Positions 37,583 through 50,060 of a stretch of DNA of 64,000 nucleotides are shown here, piece after piece. The position numbers and the translations under genes are program-made. Source of the DNA: Narcine bancroftii (Eukaryota); assembly GCF_036971445.1 (NCBI RefSeq), contig NC_091471.1, positions 151,528,001 through 151,592,000 on the forward strand, read 5' to 3'. The notes under the pieces were generated by a model that made no database searches, was not told the origin of the DNA, and saw only the letters and a program-made list of their open reading frames with translations. Each line of letters begins with the position of its first letter. Positions within the stretch are counted from its first letter, which is position 1.

Positions 37583-38314
37583 ACCTAGGCTATTGGTAAA
37601 AATTCCACCTTGGCTATTCAATGTTCCTCACAAAAATTCCTGATGCTGTTATATGGAAATAAACAACCAAATGCTTGCAAATCCATGAATGTTTTATTAA
37701 GTAGACAAACTTCACAAGAGGCAGCAATGATAAAATTAAAAATTTCTGTCCCCCTTTTTAATCACCCTGATAGGAAGTACCAGTTCAGAGGGCTGTGATT
37801 ATTTTTCCGAAGCAACAAACACATTACTTTCGGCAATATACAAATGGAACTCAGCAGGTCATTCAGCATCCATAGGAAGTAAAGTGTAACACATGTTTCA
37901 GCCTCGGCTCATCTGTAACTTCCAATGGATGGTGCGTGATCTCAGTTTCTCCAGCCCACTTGTGTATTGTATTCAACTCACAAGATCTGTAAGTTTATGA
38001 CACCTAAAAGAAAATTGAAGGATATATTATTGTTTTTTGATCATTTTTTTTTGGTTAGTTTCCCAACCTATCTGAAAGATGTAAAAGCAGCAGGAACTAC
38101 ATGAGTATTTTATTATTCTTTCTAGTCCTCAAGCAGGTAACTAACTCTTTATGTCCTGGGGAAGTGAAGTCAATGAACAGATTGCTTGTTTTTCAACTGC
38201 CTTTCACATCAACCTTAAACTGAATGTTCGAAGTGAAGGCTGAATGTCACATAAATGATCAATGAACTTTGCAGTAAAATATAGATAAATAAAATTATCT
38301 CTATTTGCGATGAC

Positions 38315-38392
38315 CTTCTCTATCTGCTCCATATGCTCTCTTAAGAAAAGCACGATTATGCCGACTAAATATATGATTCATCCTGTTGGCTG
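38315..38392 (-). pseudogene. Candidate exon (QPTG*IIYLVGIIVLFLREHMEQIEK)
   Basis: Acceptor ttttgatag|, donor aag|gtcatc. 78 bp with one stop. Confidence 0.45.
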
Positions 38393-38702
38393 CTATCAAA
38401 AGAACACCAAGGAGCTCTGGCTAATAATGTTACACATAGAGTTTCAACCTGACATAGATATTAAGGACAAAATATAAATGTGTTTATTCCAACTAAATTA
38501 TGGGATCAAACAACACAATGAGAGGTCTTTTATCTCATATTTGTGGCAATTCTTTGAAAGAGCAACACAATTAGACCCAATACCCTGCTATTTTCTTACA
38601 TCTTCATATGTATATTCATCTCAAATATGTATTTTCCACAAAGGCTCCATTTTGACATGTTATTTATATCATATGATTGGATATAATAATATCCTCTGTT
38701 AC

Positions 38703-38837
38703 CTATGAATTTTCATCTGCACAAAGAAAACAGCAAGATTCAGCATTGGTCTCATCCTCCTTTCCTCATTAGAATTTGGGATCACTACCACAGAAGTAAT
38801 TCATTACAAAAACTGAACTGCCCTCGAGAAGTGCTAG
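38703..38837 (-). pseudogene. Candidate exon (LALLEGSSVFVMNYFCGS..)
   Basis: Acceptor aaccag|, donor tag|gtaaca. Internal stops. Confidence 0.45.
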
Positions 38838-39744
38838 CTGGTTTATTTGAATTGCAAGAGATCACCGGTGAGGATAATTCTTGATTTTTTCTGGTCTAGA
38901 ATTTGACAAAAATCTGCACATTTAAGTCATGGAAAGTTTAAAATATTTATTTTAATAACTTTGAATGAAAGATATAACTAGTATTAAAACATGAATCTGG
39001 AATAAATTATTTTACAGAGAGAATGGTAAATAGGTCAGATCTTGAACAGAGTAGAAGCAAGAGACAGTCAAGTTTCAATAGAAATGGAAAGGGAGGAATG
39101 GGTAAAGTAGTGTGATACAACTGCAGTAGCGAATAACAGTGAATTTGAGCCATTATTACCATCAAGCATTAGGCAGCACAGCTGGTACAATGCTATTAAA
39201 GTGCCAGTGACCTGAATCAACACTTTCTGTAAGGAGTTTGTACATTGTCTCCATGACCTGTGTGAGGTTTCTCCATGCAGGGTTGATAAGTTAATTGGAT
39301 GTAATTGGGCAGAACAGATTTCATAGATCAGAACAGGCTTCAACTGTACTATATTGTTAAAACTAAAATAAGAATTTCAACATTATCAAAATAAAAATCA
39401 TTAAATGAAAAGATTGCCATCTATTATGGTGCAAGGTCTGGATCCTGGATGCACCACTGTCTTCCAAAGTCAGAGAATCTCACTTTGTCAGATCTGGTTG
39501 CAAATTAATGGATGAGGTCCTAATTGGGATCAGTAAAGATCACCAATGAATAAGAGAAAAGTTTTCCATTTTTGTGGAAGAACCCTTTCATAGTGAAGGA
39601 ATGAGGGATTATTTCCAGTAACATAATATATAATGCTCCACACGATGACCAAGGCCATTAATCACAAGTAACTTACATGGACGTGCTGGGTTGATGGGTC
39701 TATTTCCATGCTGTATGACTCAATAAATTAAATATGAAGAATGA

Positions 39745-41405
39745 TGTGTGCCACCTGATCTTAGCGGCAGGAGCCTAGTTGGAAGTTGCCTCACCTGATT
39801 AGCGCACACCTGGCCACTGGCCCCTTTAATCACATAACCCATTGTCCTGGGTAACCTTGTACCTCTCACTTTGTTCGTTTTAGATTGGTCACAGAGTTTG
39901 AGCTACCAAAAGAAAATAGACACACACACACACACACCGAGAGCAGTTCAGTTTATACAAATGTTTATTACAAATTCAAAAGCTGATTTCAAACAACAAT
40001 ATACAAGCCCTTCCCAACTATACTTATCAACACTTGGACTGGTCCCAACTGCCGAAGCGAGGCAATGACCGCACACTTGTAGTAGGTTGTCAGGGCGCCA
40101 GTAGCAGCTTCTCCACCTCCTCCGATCGGGACGTTGGCTGAACTCTAGAAGTTCTTCTTGCTGAGAGATGTTGCCACCTCTCGGAGAGTCTCAAACTTCA
40201 GGAGCGGGACAATGGCTTATATTACCCAAAAACTGCTTACCCAAGCACCTATTCCCAGCACAGTAAGAAAGATAAACAAGCAAGCTAGCATTCTAGGCTT
40301 CTATCGAATAATGTAATTTTCAGCTTATCACTTTGAATACAATGGTTTATTTTGCATCAAGGCTTGGCCTCTGACAGTCTGTGACCAAAACAAGCAGGAA
40401 GATTAAATGTTCTTGGTGCATAGATGTCCTTTCATCAGATAACTGCATCTCTGGCCCCTTGGTAGAATTTAGCTTTTGTCTGCTGGTTCTAAAACACAAG
40501 CAGGTTCTCAGCCTTGCAGAAGCAAAGGCTTCAAAAGTAAAAACCATGGTTTAAATCTTCCATTACACCCATACTTGGGATGGACTTTACAACCGATTGC
40601 ACTATAAAGCCCACCACATATGGACCACTACTCTTTCCCCTGGGATGAACTCTAACTTCACTTCAGGGTGCAACCCATGGGTGACTACTGAGAATCATTG
40701 ATAAGGTGTGCGCTGATAAAGGGTTGGAAGCTGTTGTGTTGTACACTGTTATTGTAAGCCTACTTTAGTTTAGTAAAGAGCCAAGCCTACACTGTATCAA
40801 GGAGTGGTAGACATTGTATTGTATTCTTTAACTGTAAAGTTATTTCTCCACGGGTGGTTGCGAGTATCGGGTAGCTGTTATGTCTGAAGCGATTGCATTG
40901 TGTGATCCTTGCACATGCACGTGTGTGTGTTGCAACTTCCATACACATGTGAATAAAGATCACATGCTATGGCGGCAGTACAACTCCCAGAAGGCAATGA
41001 ACCGGCTATGTGATGTCTGTGTAAGATGATATCTACGCATGTCGGGCGCGTGATTCGGACTTTTAAATGTTTGCACACGTTCTGAACGGTAAATCCATAT
41101 GATTCACTGAAGAAATAGCTTGTGTGGCTATTTCATCGTGTCCAATGCGATTCCAGTTACCACGAATAGTGACCTCGATGAGTCCAAAAATGTATTTTTG
41201 GCAAACATGGACTCTGCAGCCATTGCTGTGAAGCTATCACCTTTCTGGACGGCTGAGCCTGAACTATGGCTGCAACAGGCTGAAGCACAATTTCACCTTG
41301 GCAAAGTCGAGTTGGACACCACTCGTTATTACCATCTCGTCAGTGCCCTGGACCAGGCCATGACTAAGGGGGTCAGTGACTTCCTATGGGATACCACCTG
41401 CTCCC
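39745..41405 (+). mobile_element. Gypsy 5' part: interrupted LTR, degenerate PBS and gag start
   Basis: tagtgacctcga near 41167 resembles the tRNA-Trp PBS TGGTGACCCCGA. Gag MDSAAIAVKLSPFWTAEPELWLQQAEAQF..TRYYHLVSALD. LTR limits are approximate. Confidence 0.75.
39872..40567 (-). mobile_element. Solo LTR (ERV/Gypsy-like), ~696 bp
   Basis: Minus strand reads tgtaatgg...aaacgaaca with AATAAA near the 3' end. No clean TSD found. Confidence 0.55.
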
Positions 41406-42083
41406 AGCAGATAATAGAAATAGAAATCTGGGTGAACAAAGTTTCTCACACCCAGGCATGACAAGGTAAGATGAAATGGCTGCATTGTTAATTCAGTTAC
41501 AGGCTCTCTCTTCTTTGCCCAAGAGAAAGATTCCAGCTTTTGATGGTGACCCACTTCAATTCCAAGTGTTTATGGAAAACTTTGAATGCAGTATTGAAAT
41601 TAAGAGCCAAAACTTAGAGGATTGTCTATATTATTCGGAACAGTTCATAAGAGGACAACCACAAGATCTTGTAAAGAGTTGGCATCATATGACTCTGAAT
41701 AAAGAATATCAAAAGGCTAAGTTCTTACTTAAGAAGCTTTTGGGTAATTTGCATAATATTTCTACAGCTTATGTACCGAAGGTTCTTTTATGGTTATCAA
41801 TAAGACTGGATGACACAAAGGGTTTACAAGTTTATGCTCTCTTGCTTAAAGAATGTTGCAAGTCATGATGGAGATCAACCATCTACGAGAGCTTGACATA
41901 TCTACTAATATGCTAATCATTATAGATAAATTACCCTACCTGATGAAAGAACCATGGAAAAGTTCAGTTGTTGAATACCAGAAAATAAACCAAGTGACAG
42001 CTACTTTTGGGCATTTGGTGGAGTTCACTGAAGGGCAAGCGGACGTTGTCACAGATCCAGTGTAGGGAATAATCAAGGGCAGT

Positions 42084-42392
42084 ACATTGACCACTGCCAG
42101 TGGGGTGATCTCGCCTCAAACCATGCATCTTGGCGCCTCACAGTTCGGCGGGCAGCAACCTCCTTTGAAGAAGACCGCAGAGCCCACCTCACTGACAAAA
42201 GACAAAGGAGGAAAAACCCAACACCTAACCCCAACCCACCAATTTTCCCTTGCAACCGCTGCAACCGTGTCTGCCTGTCCCGCATTGGACTTGTCAGCCA
42301 CAAACGAGCCTGCAGCTGATGTGGACATTACCCCTCCATTAATCTTCATCCGCGAAGCCAAGCCAAAGAAAGAAAGAAAAGAAGAAGAAAGA
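42084..42392 (+). mobile_element. RTE 3' fragment inserted in BEL gag
   Basis: Near-identical to 35396-35686, with a GAA/GAAA tail. Confidence 0.95.
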
Positions 42393-45104
42393 GGTTGAGA
42401 GGTCCAAATCATACCCTCAACCAAATTTTTTAAAAAGTACATTTGGTACCTCTCTGGCAGTGCAAGATAAAGAAATTAAGGGAAAAGAAGGTTTGCCTGT
42501 TGTGAAGAAATGTTTGTTCTGTAATCATAAACACGATTTGGAAAAGTGCTAACAGATGGAAAAGAAGAAACATAGTGAGAAAATCACTTTTCTGAAGGAA
42601 AACGGAGAATGGTTTGGCTGTCTGTGTAAAGACACATCAGCAAAAACTGCAAAAAAATCTCAAAAAAAGTACATATTTTCCAGGAAAATAAGAATATGGA
42701 AATGGAACAAGCAGAGAAACAGATGAAATCAGTGCAGAAGCCTCAGTATTGAGAAATGGTCTTACTGGGGCCAGAGAAAATAGTATCTGTACAAGTCAAG
42801 TCTTAACCCAGGAAGCAGTGTCATTTTGCACCATAGGGCTAATAAATAAGCTTAATTTTCAAGGAAGAAGTACAAAGATTCAATTAAGGACTATAGATCA
42901 AGTTAAACACATTGAAACCAACATTGTTTCAGGTCTTGAGATCGGTGGACTGAACTGTAATGATTTTTGTGAACTCCTAGGTATATACAGAAGACTATGC
43001 CTATGCATCAAGGAGAAATCCCACATCAAAACAACATTGAACTGTGAAAAATGTTTGTTTATGCAAAATTAACTCTGAGATTGAGTTGCTGACAGTTTAG
43101 ATGTACCAAAGACTCTGGAGCCATTAGATGTGAGTGTGAGAGATCAAAACTATGCTTGGTTGGACAATTAGTGGGCCATTAGGAGAAAAAAAAGAGGTTC
43201 AAAATCAATCAGTTGTGTCAACAAGATATTGAATGTTAAGCTCGATAAGCTGTGGGAGCAGCAGTTCAAGAACCACTTTCTGAGTTCATCAGGGATGATC
43301 AAGAATCTTCAAAGATAGACTAGCATTTCTTGGAATTGGTGTCAAAATCTGGCAAGCAGTTTAATGATCATTATTGCATAGGATTACCTTTAAAGAAAAG
43401 GGAAATATGCATGCTTGATAATAGAAGTGTTATCAAACAATGCACACTGAATTTAGAGAGAGGATTCAAGAAAGATTTTTCCTTTCATTCAGACTTCACC
43501 AAATGCATGTCTGATATGATATCCAAAGAACGTGCAGAGAAAGTACCAAATGATATCTTGGAACATAGTGATGGCAAAAAATGGTACTTACAAGACCATG
43601 GAGTTTTGCCTCCACAGAAGAAAAAAAAATTGTGTGGTGTTTGATTGGGGAACAAACTTGTGGTGTGTTTCACTAAATTCTCAACTCTTTCAATGCCCTG
43701 ATTGACCAATACCTTGATAGGAGTCTTAACTAGGTTCCATAAAGAATCCAACGTCATTACTGCAGACATTGAGGGAGGTGAAGGTATTGAATGATGACCA
43801 TGATTTTTTTATGATTCCTTTGGTGGCCTGTTGGAGATTACGGTTGGAACATGATAGAATACAGGGCAACTATTTGGAGTGACTTCATCACCAAGTTGTG
43901 TGAATTTTGCCCTTAAGAAGTGTGCTGAGGACAGCATGGAACAATTTAGCTCTCGAGCTGTAAGCACCACCAGGAATAACTTTTATGTGCATGATTTTCT
44001 CACTTCTGCATCTACAGTTAAAGAAGCAATAACTCTTTATTATGATTAAAAGCAATGTGTTTCAAAGGAGGTTTTCTACTTACCAAATGGACAAGTATCA
44101 ATTGCCAAGTACTGACTGCCATTCCTGAAGGAGAAAGTGTGAAAGAAATGAAGAATTTGGACTTAGACCATGACAACCTTTCTGTGGAGAGGTTGTTAGG
44201 TGTACAATGGTGTGTTCAGTCTGATGTTTTTACGTTCAAAATAATTTTGAAGGGCAGACCTCTCACAAGAATGGGAATTCTATCAACAGTCAGTTCAATA
44301 TATGATTCTCCAGGAATATTGGTATCAGTTGTCCTGATTACCAAGAAGATCCGGCAAGATTTGTGTAGGAAAAGGATTTGTTGGAATGGTGAGATACTAG
44401 AATCCATTGTACAAGAATGGACATGTTTGTATTCAGGATCTACGCAAGCTGGAAAAATTCAAGATTGACAGATGTTTTAAACCCACCAAGGTTGGAAGTG
44501 TGACATCAGTTCAATTGCATAATTTTGCTGTTGCATGTGAAGACATTTATGGAACTATTTGTTACTTACTACTGCATGATAACAAGGATCAGATATATAG
44601 TGGATTTGCAATGGGAAAGGCCAGAGTGGCTCCATTGAAATCAATCACTATCCCATGAATGGAGTTGACAGCGACTACCTTGGTAAGCAAAATAGACACA
44701 ATGTTGAAAAGAGAGTTGCAGATTAAATTAACAGACTGCATATTTTGGACCAATTGAATCTCTGTTCTCAAATAGACAACAATAAAATTACAAGGTTTCG
44801 AAGTTACATGGCAAACTGAATCATTGAAATTGATAAAGACTCACGTCCAATACAGTGGAGATATGTTAATGTACTTAACAATCCTGCTGATATGGCTTCC
44901 AGAGGTCAAGTTTTGAAGAATGAAATGTGAGTGTCCAGGCCTCGATTTATTCTACAATCTCAAAAGGAGTGGCCTCAAAATTCTGATAAATTAAAAGAAA
45001 ATTTACAAGAACACCCTGAAATCAAGAATAAGACTGCAAAAGCTGTTCAGATAATGTCTAAACAAATGGATACAGTTACCCACTTAATCCATTACTTCTC
45101 ATAT

Positions 45105-45665
45105 TTGTCTGGGGGAAAGGGTTCCCTCGTCACCAGTACTCGTGGAGCCTGGGTCTTTGGGTGTGATGCATCACTAATTTATGTGGGCCTTGTGCCTTGC
45201 TGTTACACTATCCACAGAATGTTATAAAAGTCCTCGATAGCCATCAATCTGGCATATGCTTTAAAAAAAACCAGCTCTAAGAGCAAGCAAACAAGACCTA
45301 TGGCCATCTGCCAGTGCCAACATGTCATTCATTAACACCAAAGATGCACAGTCCCCCCGGCCATTGATATGGAGGTGCTGTGCAGCTCACTTACACTGTG
45401 AGAGACTATAAATCCATAGAAGGAAGACCAGAACTGGTGGAATCTGAAGGAAATCCACTACTTGACCAGCCGTGTCCTTGTTGTGGGCGCTTACCACATA
45501 ATAGTTCTTAGTGGCGTCAACTTCTATCTTGTGAATGTGGAACTCTGCCGCAACCTGCCCAAACCAAACTTCAGGCTGAGTTGTTCAAAAGACAGACAGT
45601 TTCAGCGAAACCATGGCAATGTCTATATTGGGTCCAAAATCTGTTTGGGCCCATTGGGGACACCA
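45105..45665 (+). mobile_element. Decayed Gypsy gag/protease-like segment inside the BEL
   Basis: Abrupt rise in GC content, C.YH/C.WP knuckle-like remnants. Looks like the continuation of the 41207-41405 gag. Confidence 0.45.
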
Positions 45666-46893
45666 ATGTAACAACTGTGTCACAGTGTGAAATTAAGAAT
45701 GAGATAATGATCAGACGTAGTCGAGTTGAAGTTCAGTAAAAGTCAGTTACTCAAACAGTCGCATGCAGAATACCCTGTGTGTTCCAAATGACGTAATCAC
45801 ATTGCGATGTCATGATGTCACTCAGAACCTCCCAATCTGGTTTGATTAAGCCTCAGGTGAGCCATGACATCTTGAACGTCAAGTTCGGATCCAGACTAAA
45901 GCTGGTTTTCTGAACAATTATGAAAATCTGTCTTTTACAAGATGCAGAAAGCATCTGGCCTTTTGCTTTCCTTTGAAATTTAACTAATATATACTCCTAT
46001 TTACTGTGTTTGATTTTTTTTGGAATGTTATTTTTTTTTAAGTAATACATTAGGGTCTGATATTGTGAGGGTTAAAATGCAAGTCACAAGCAAATTTGCA
46101 AGCAGCCAGTAGATGTTTATGTATTTCATGCTCTTTCCTAGTAACATCTTTGCTTCAAGGTTATAGCTAGTTTTTCTCCATGTGTTTGAGATAAATGTTC
46201 ATTTTGATTTTCTTCGTTTGATGAAAATACAGACATTAGAAGAGTTCTGACAACTTTTATTGACTTTAACCATCTTTTAATTATAGCTTTTGTACTGTCT
46301 AACAAAGTTTTAATGGCTTGTGATAATGGAGTAACTGATATATTGTTTAATAAACTATGGAAAACTCAATTTTAGTACAGATTTGTTTGAATGAGTCATA
46401 GACAACAATTACAATCTAATTTCTGCAAGTGATTATTAAGGAAAATAGTCACCACAGTCACATTATTCATTAGATGCTCACATCTCCGTTCTCAAATATA
46501 TTCAGGTGACAATCCAAGAAACTTAAAGAAGATTTTACATGAAAATATATAATATAGTCCCTTTTTTTCTACAGATTTTATTCCAAAATTCAATAAGTAT
46601 AGAACCACTGTGTAAAAGAAAATAAAATTGTTTTGTTATCTTTGAATTCAGCGTGAAAGCTGGCCACTAAAGTGCCCAGACTGCATTCTCTGGCAATATT
46701 AACATATTTTTGGTAATCTTTGTAAATTATGAGCATTGTAATTGAGGTAGAGATATTTGTTCTTGTTAAATGTAGGACAAACTGCTGCATGAAGATTGGA
46801 TATAATTGCTTTGCCTTGCATAAGAATAATTTTATATCACTTTTATGATTGCATTTTGGAAAATAAATAAATACTGTCACTTGCAAAATTACA

Positions 46894-47130
46894 AAGCTGG
46901 AGAAACTTAGCAGGCCAAGCAGTGTCCTTTATATAGCAAAGGTAAAAATATATAACAGACATTTCGGGCCTGAGCCCTTCATCAAGGAAAATTTTGGCGG
47001 GTGTCCGAAAAAACGAGTAATGGGGAGGGAGGGGTAGTCACAAAGGTTGGTGGTTTTAGGTGGAGAAGGGAGGGAGGGGCAGCAGAGATCAAGGGGAGGA
47101 GAGATGGCTGGGTGAAGGGAAGGAATAGGT
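46894..47130 (-). mobile_element. Penelope-like terminal repeat with a hammerhead-like core
   Basis: Minus strand ttgatgaa-gggc-tcag-gccc-gaaatgtc at 46958-46985. Confidence 0.55.
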
Positions 47131-47496
47131 CAATATTGTCTCTTTTCCTACTGTTTAAGCAGATAACAGACATAAATCAGAAATAACCTTTATTAACGAC
47201 TTCCACTCATATTCACTGAAATTTAATTATGCCATCATTGTTCTAGTTTCATTTCTCATTGCAAGCAATCTTATATTCTTCCATCTCAATAGGATTGACA
47301 TCCTATGAGCCATTATATTCCAAGTTACTACAAAGAAAAGGGTTTAGACGAGAGCAGGGGTTTGGTTTCCTCAGTTTGCTTGTTTTTGTATTCAAGGTTG
47401 AAAACAGTATTTTGATTCAATTAATTCCCTTGGTTGACTACCATTTAAAGTGTGCGAAAGCTTTCATAATTGTAACTTGCTTTGTAATTCTTTCAA

Positions 47497-47691
47497 GAGC
47501 CTCTGATAGCTCAGTGGATAGAGCAATGGTCATGTAAACCAGGGGTCATGAGTTTGTTCCTCACTGGGGGCCTTATTTCTGTGTGGGCAGAGGACAAAGT
47601 GTTGACTTTCTGTTTTCCTTATGGTAGATGTAAAAGAATTTCATGTTGGTTAAATTCTAAAATGTAGTACTACGAGACAATAATGGAACCT
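47497..47691 (+). mobile_element. tRNA-Thr(TGT)-derived SINE
   Basis: Head 47499-47572 (tagctcagtggatagagc..tgtaaaccaggggtc) resembles tRNA-Thr(TGT). Tail atttcatg..gacaataa. TSD tttcaa. Confidence 0.8.
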
Positions 47692-49469
47692 TTTCAATTT
47701 TCAGGAACAGTTTCAGGGGTTGATATTATCAAAGCAAATTATTGGTCATTTGAGAAGAAGCAATCAGTTTTCTTCCCATTTGTCTGAATATCCCATATCC
47801 CTGTAGGAACCTTGTTAACATGACCAAACTAAAGCAACTCACAAGTCTGCAATTTTCATCTGCACAATTATGATTATCAACAAAAAAGCTAAACAGCAGA
47901 TGTTGGTCACACTGCACATGCCCTGGTTATCAGAGTGTAATTTTGAATTGCACACTCTCAAGAGCCTCACTGAGAGGATCAGAAATAAAATCAGAGCTTG
48001 GAACAATATCATCGAGAAGTTTAGAATGTAAAATAATTGTGGGTTATTAAAACCTATATGCTAGGCCTACATTACTCCAGTGCTATGTTTGCTGCTGTAA
48101 GAATGCTCTGTCCATACAGATTTTTTAAAAAGCTAACAGTGAGTTACACAAGTCTCCCCCTGCATCATCAAATCACTCCAGGAAAGCATCTAAGGATGTG
48201 CAGGAGCTTCCTCACAACAGTACAAGTTGTCCACACCCATTACACACATTTGTGAGGACTTCAGGCAAACATGACTTGTAGATCTTGCAGGTGGGGCCAC
48301 TATCAGTAATAGTGCACTTAACCAACTCTTTACTGGGTTAGAGATCACTACCTGGAATGTCCTAATCCATCTCTGTTCCTTAGTCAACCTGCAAAGAGCT
48401 AAGATTATGTACAAGGATGATGCAAAAATACCAGAGGCCTACAATTATAGTGAGATGCAGATGATGCAACAGTTCTTAGTCTGTTAGAAAATCTTCTTAA
48501 CTTTCCAAGGCACTTTCTCAGGATGAAGGATGACTTGGTCTATTCTGGGGTCTGAGATGGCAATGGGGCTAATGTGGGAACTGTAGACACTTCCACAGAT
48601 AGGGCAGGAAATGCCTGATGGTATGGGTATGTTGTGAGGTGATACTCTCCTTTTGGCACCTGCACTAAGGTGGTGTGTAATCCTAACACATGACCTCAAG
48701 GTTCTCAATATCATTGTGAATTATCTCCTCCATTTTCAGTGGTTAAGTGAGATTCCCAGATGTCAATGTCAATGTTGCGTATCAAGGTTGTTTTTAGCAC
48801 TTTTCCTCCATCCTATTGTTAAACTCTCTCATTTTAAATCTTGAAATTAAATATCCATCTTGTTGGGCATGTAATCTTAATCTAATGAGATTAAGTGCAA
48901 CTGGGGTCTCAGTTTTGGGGAGATACTGCTTAAGAACAAGCTGAATACAGTTCAAGTTCAGTATCATCTGACTGCACTTGTTCACCAGATGAAACAACTG
49001 GCCTCATTTTCAATTTCCTAATCTTTGATAAATGGACATAAAAAGAAGGGCTCAGAAAACAGAAAGAAGGACTTGAAACAGAAAGCAGTGCCCCCTGTTG
49101 CCTTGCCAATATCAGCAAGAACTGATGCTAAGGTTATTCAGATTTCCATTGTATCATTTGTATTCTGAGATGTCATGTTTGATATGCAAATATCTCTGAA
49201 GACAACCTAATCTGATTCCCCTCTGGAACTTAGTGAAAAAGCAATGATTGACACTGAGAGAATGGTTCAGAATACAATGTGTGGAGATAGAGAGACACCA
49301 GTTTGCCATTCAGCACTCAAATCCATTTTGTCATTCAATTAAACGTCAGAATTTTTTTAAAAACCTCATTACCATTCATCCACAATTTCTCATAACCATT
49401 TTTGGGTCCAATTGCAAAAGAGTGCTGTACAATTTTTGCTTAATTAAATATTTCTGCAGTTAAACTACA

Positions 49470-50060
49470 AACTTACCTGCGATACTCAGCCAGTCAAGTC
49501 AAAATTTTTGTCATCCGACTATACAAGTGCAACCCAATAGAACACTGTTCTCTAGTCTGCAGTGTAAAACATGCAGACGTACAACCGGACATGAACCACA
49601 TAAGAAAAACAATACTTATGCAGGACAAGTATTCATCTATACAAATAAATTTTAAAAATTAATATTGTTCACAAATATGAGAATATTTAAGTCATTCAGC
49701 ATTCTCACTGCTTGTGGTAAGAAACATGGTGGTTCTGGCTTTGATACTTCAGTATCTCTTTTCTGATGAGAGCAGTTGAAAGATGCTGTGCACAGGGTGG
49801 AAAAGGTCCTCAATAATTTGGTGTGCCATCATTAGAAAATGATCCCAGGGGCGGGGAGGGGTTAGAGGAGAGACTCCAATGATCCTCTTTGCCACTGTTA
49901 TGGTCCTGTGGATTGACCTCTGATCCTTTTTTTCTGCAGCAACTGTACCACACGGTGATGCAGCCGGCCAGGACACTCTTGAGAGAGCTCAAGAGCTCAA
50001 GGTTGACATAATGGTGGCTTGTAGCCTTGCACACTTTAGTCTTCTCAGAAAGTGCAGCTA
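49470..50060 (-). mobile_element. Rex1/Babar 3' fragment
   Basis: SVLAGCITVWY, AKRIIG, IFQLLSSEKRY. Confidence 0.75.

Larger units (their letters stand above)
41410..46412 (+). mobile_element. Decayed BEL/Pao LTR retrotransposon (gag-pol 41410-45105, pol C-terminus 45872-45950, probable 3' LTR about 46065-46412)
   Basis: IPAFDGDPL gag (DUF1759-like), KWYLQDHGV, GGFLLTKWTS, ERLLGVQW, STVSSIYD, GKARVAPLK, NPADMASRG, RQVRIQTK..KICLLQ. Confidence 0.88.

Noticed and set aside
47499-47572. Functional tRNA-Thr gene
   Set aside because: The T-loop/B-box (gagtttgttcc) and stems are degenerate, and it is followed by a SINE body, tail and TSD.
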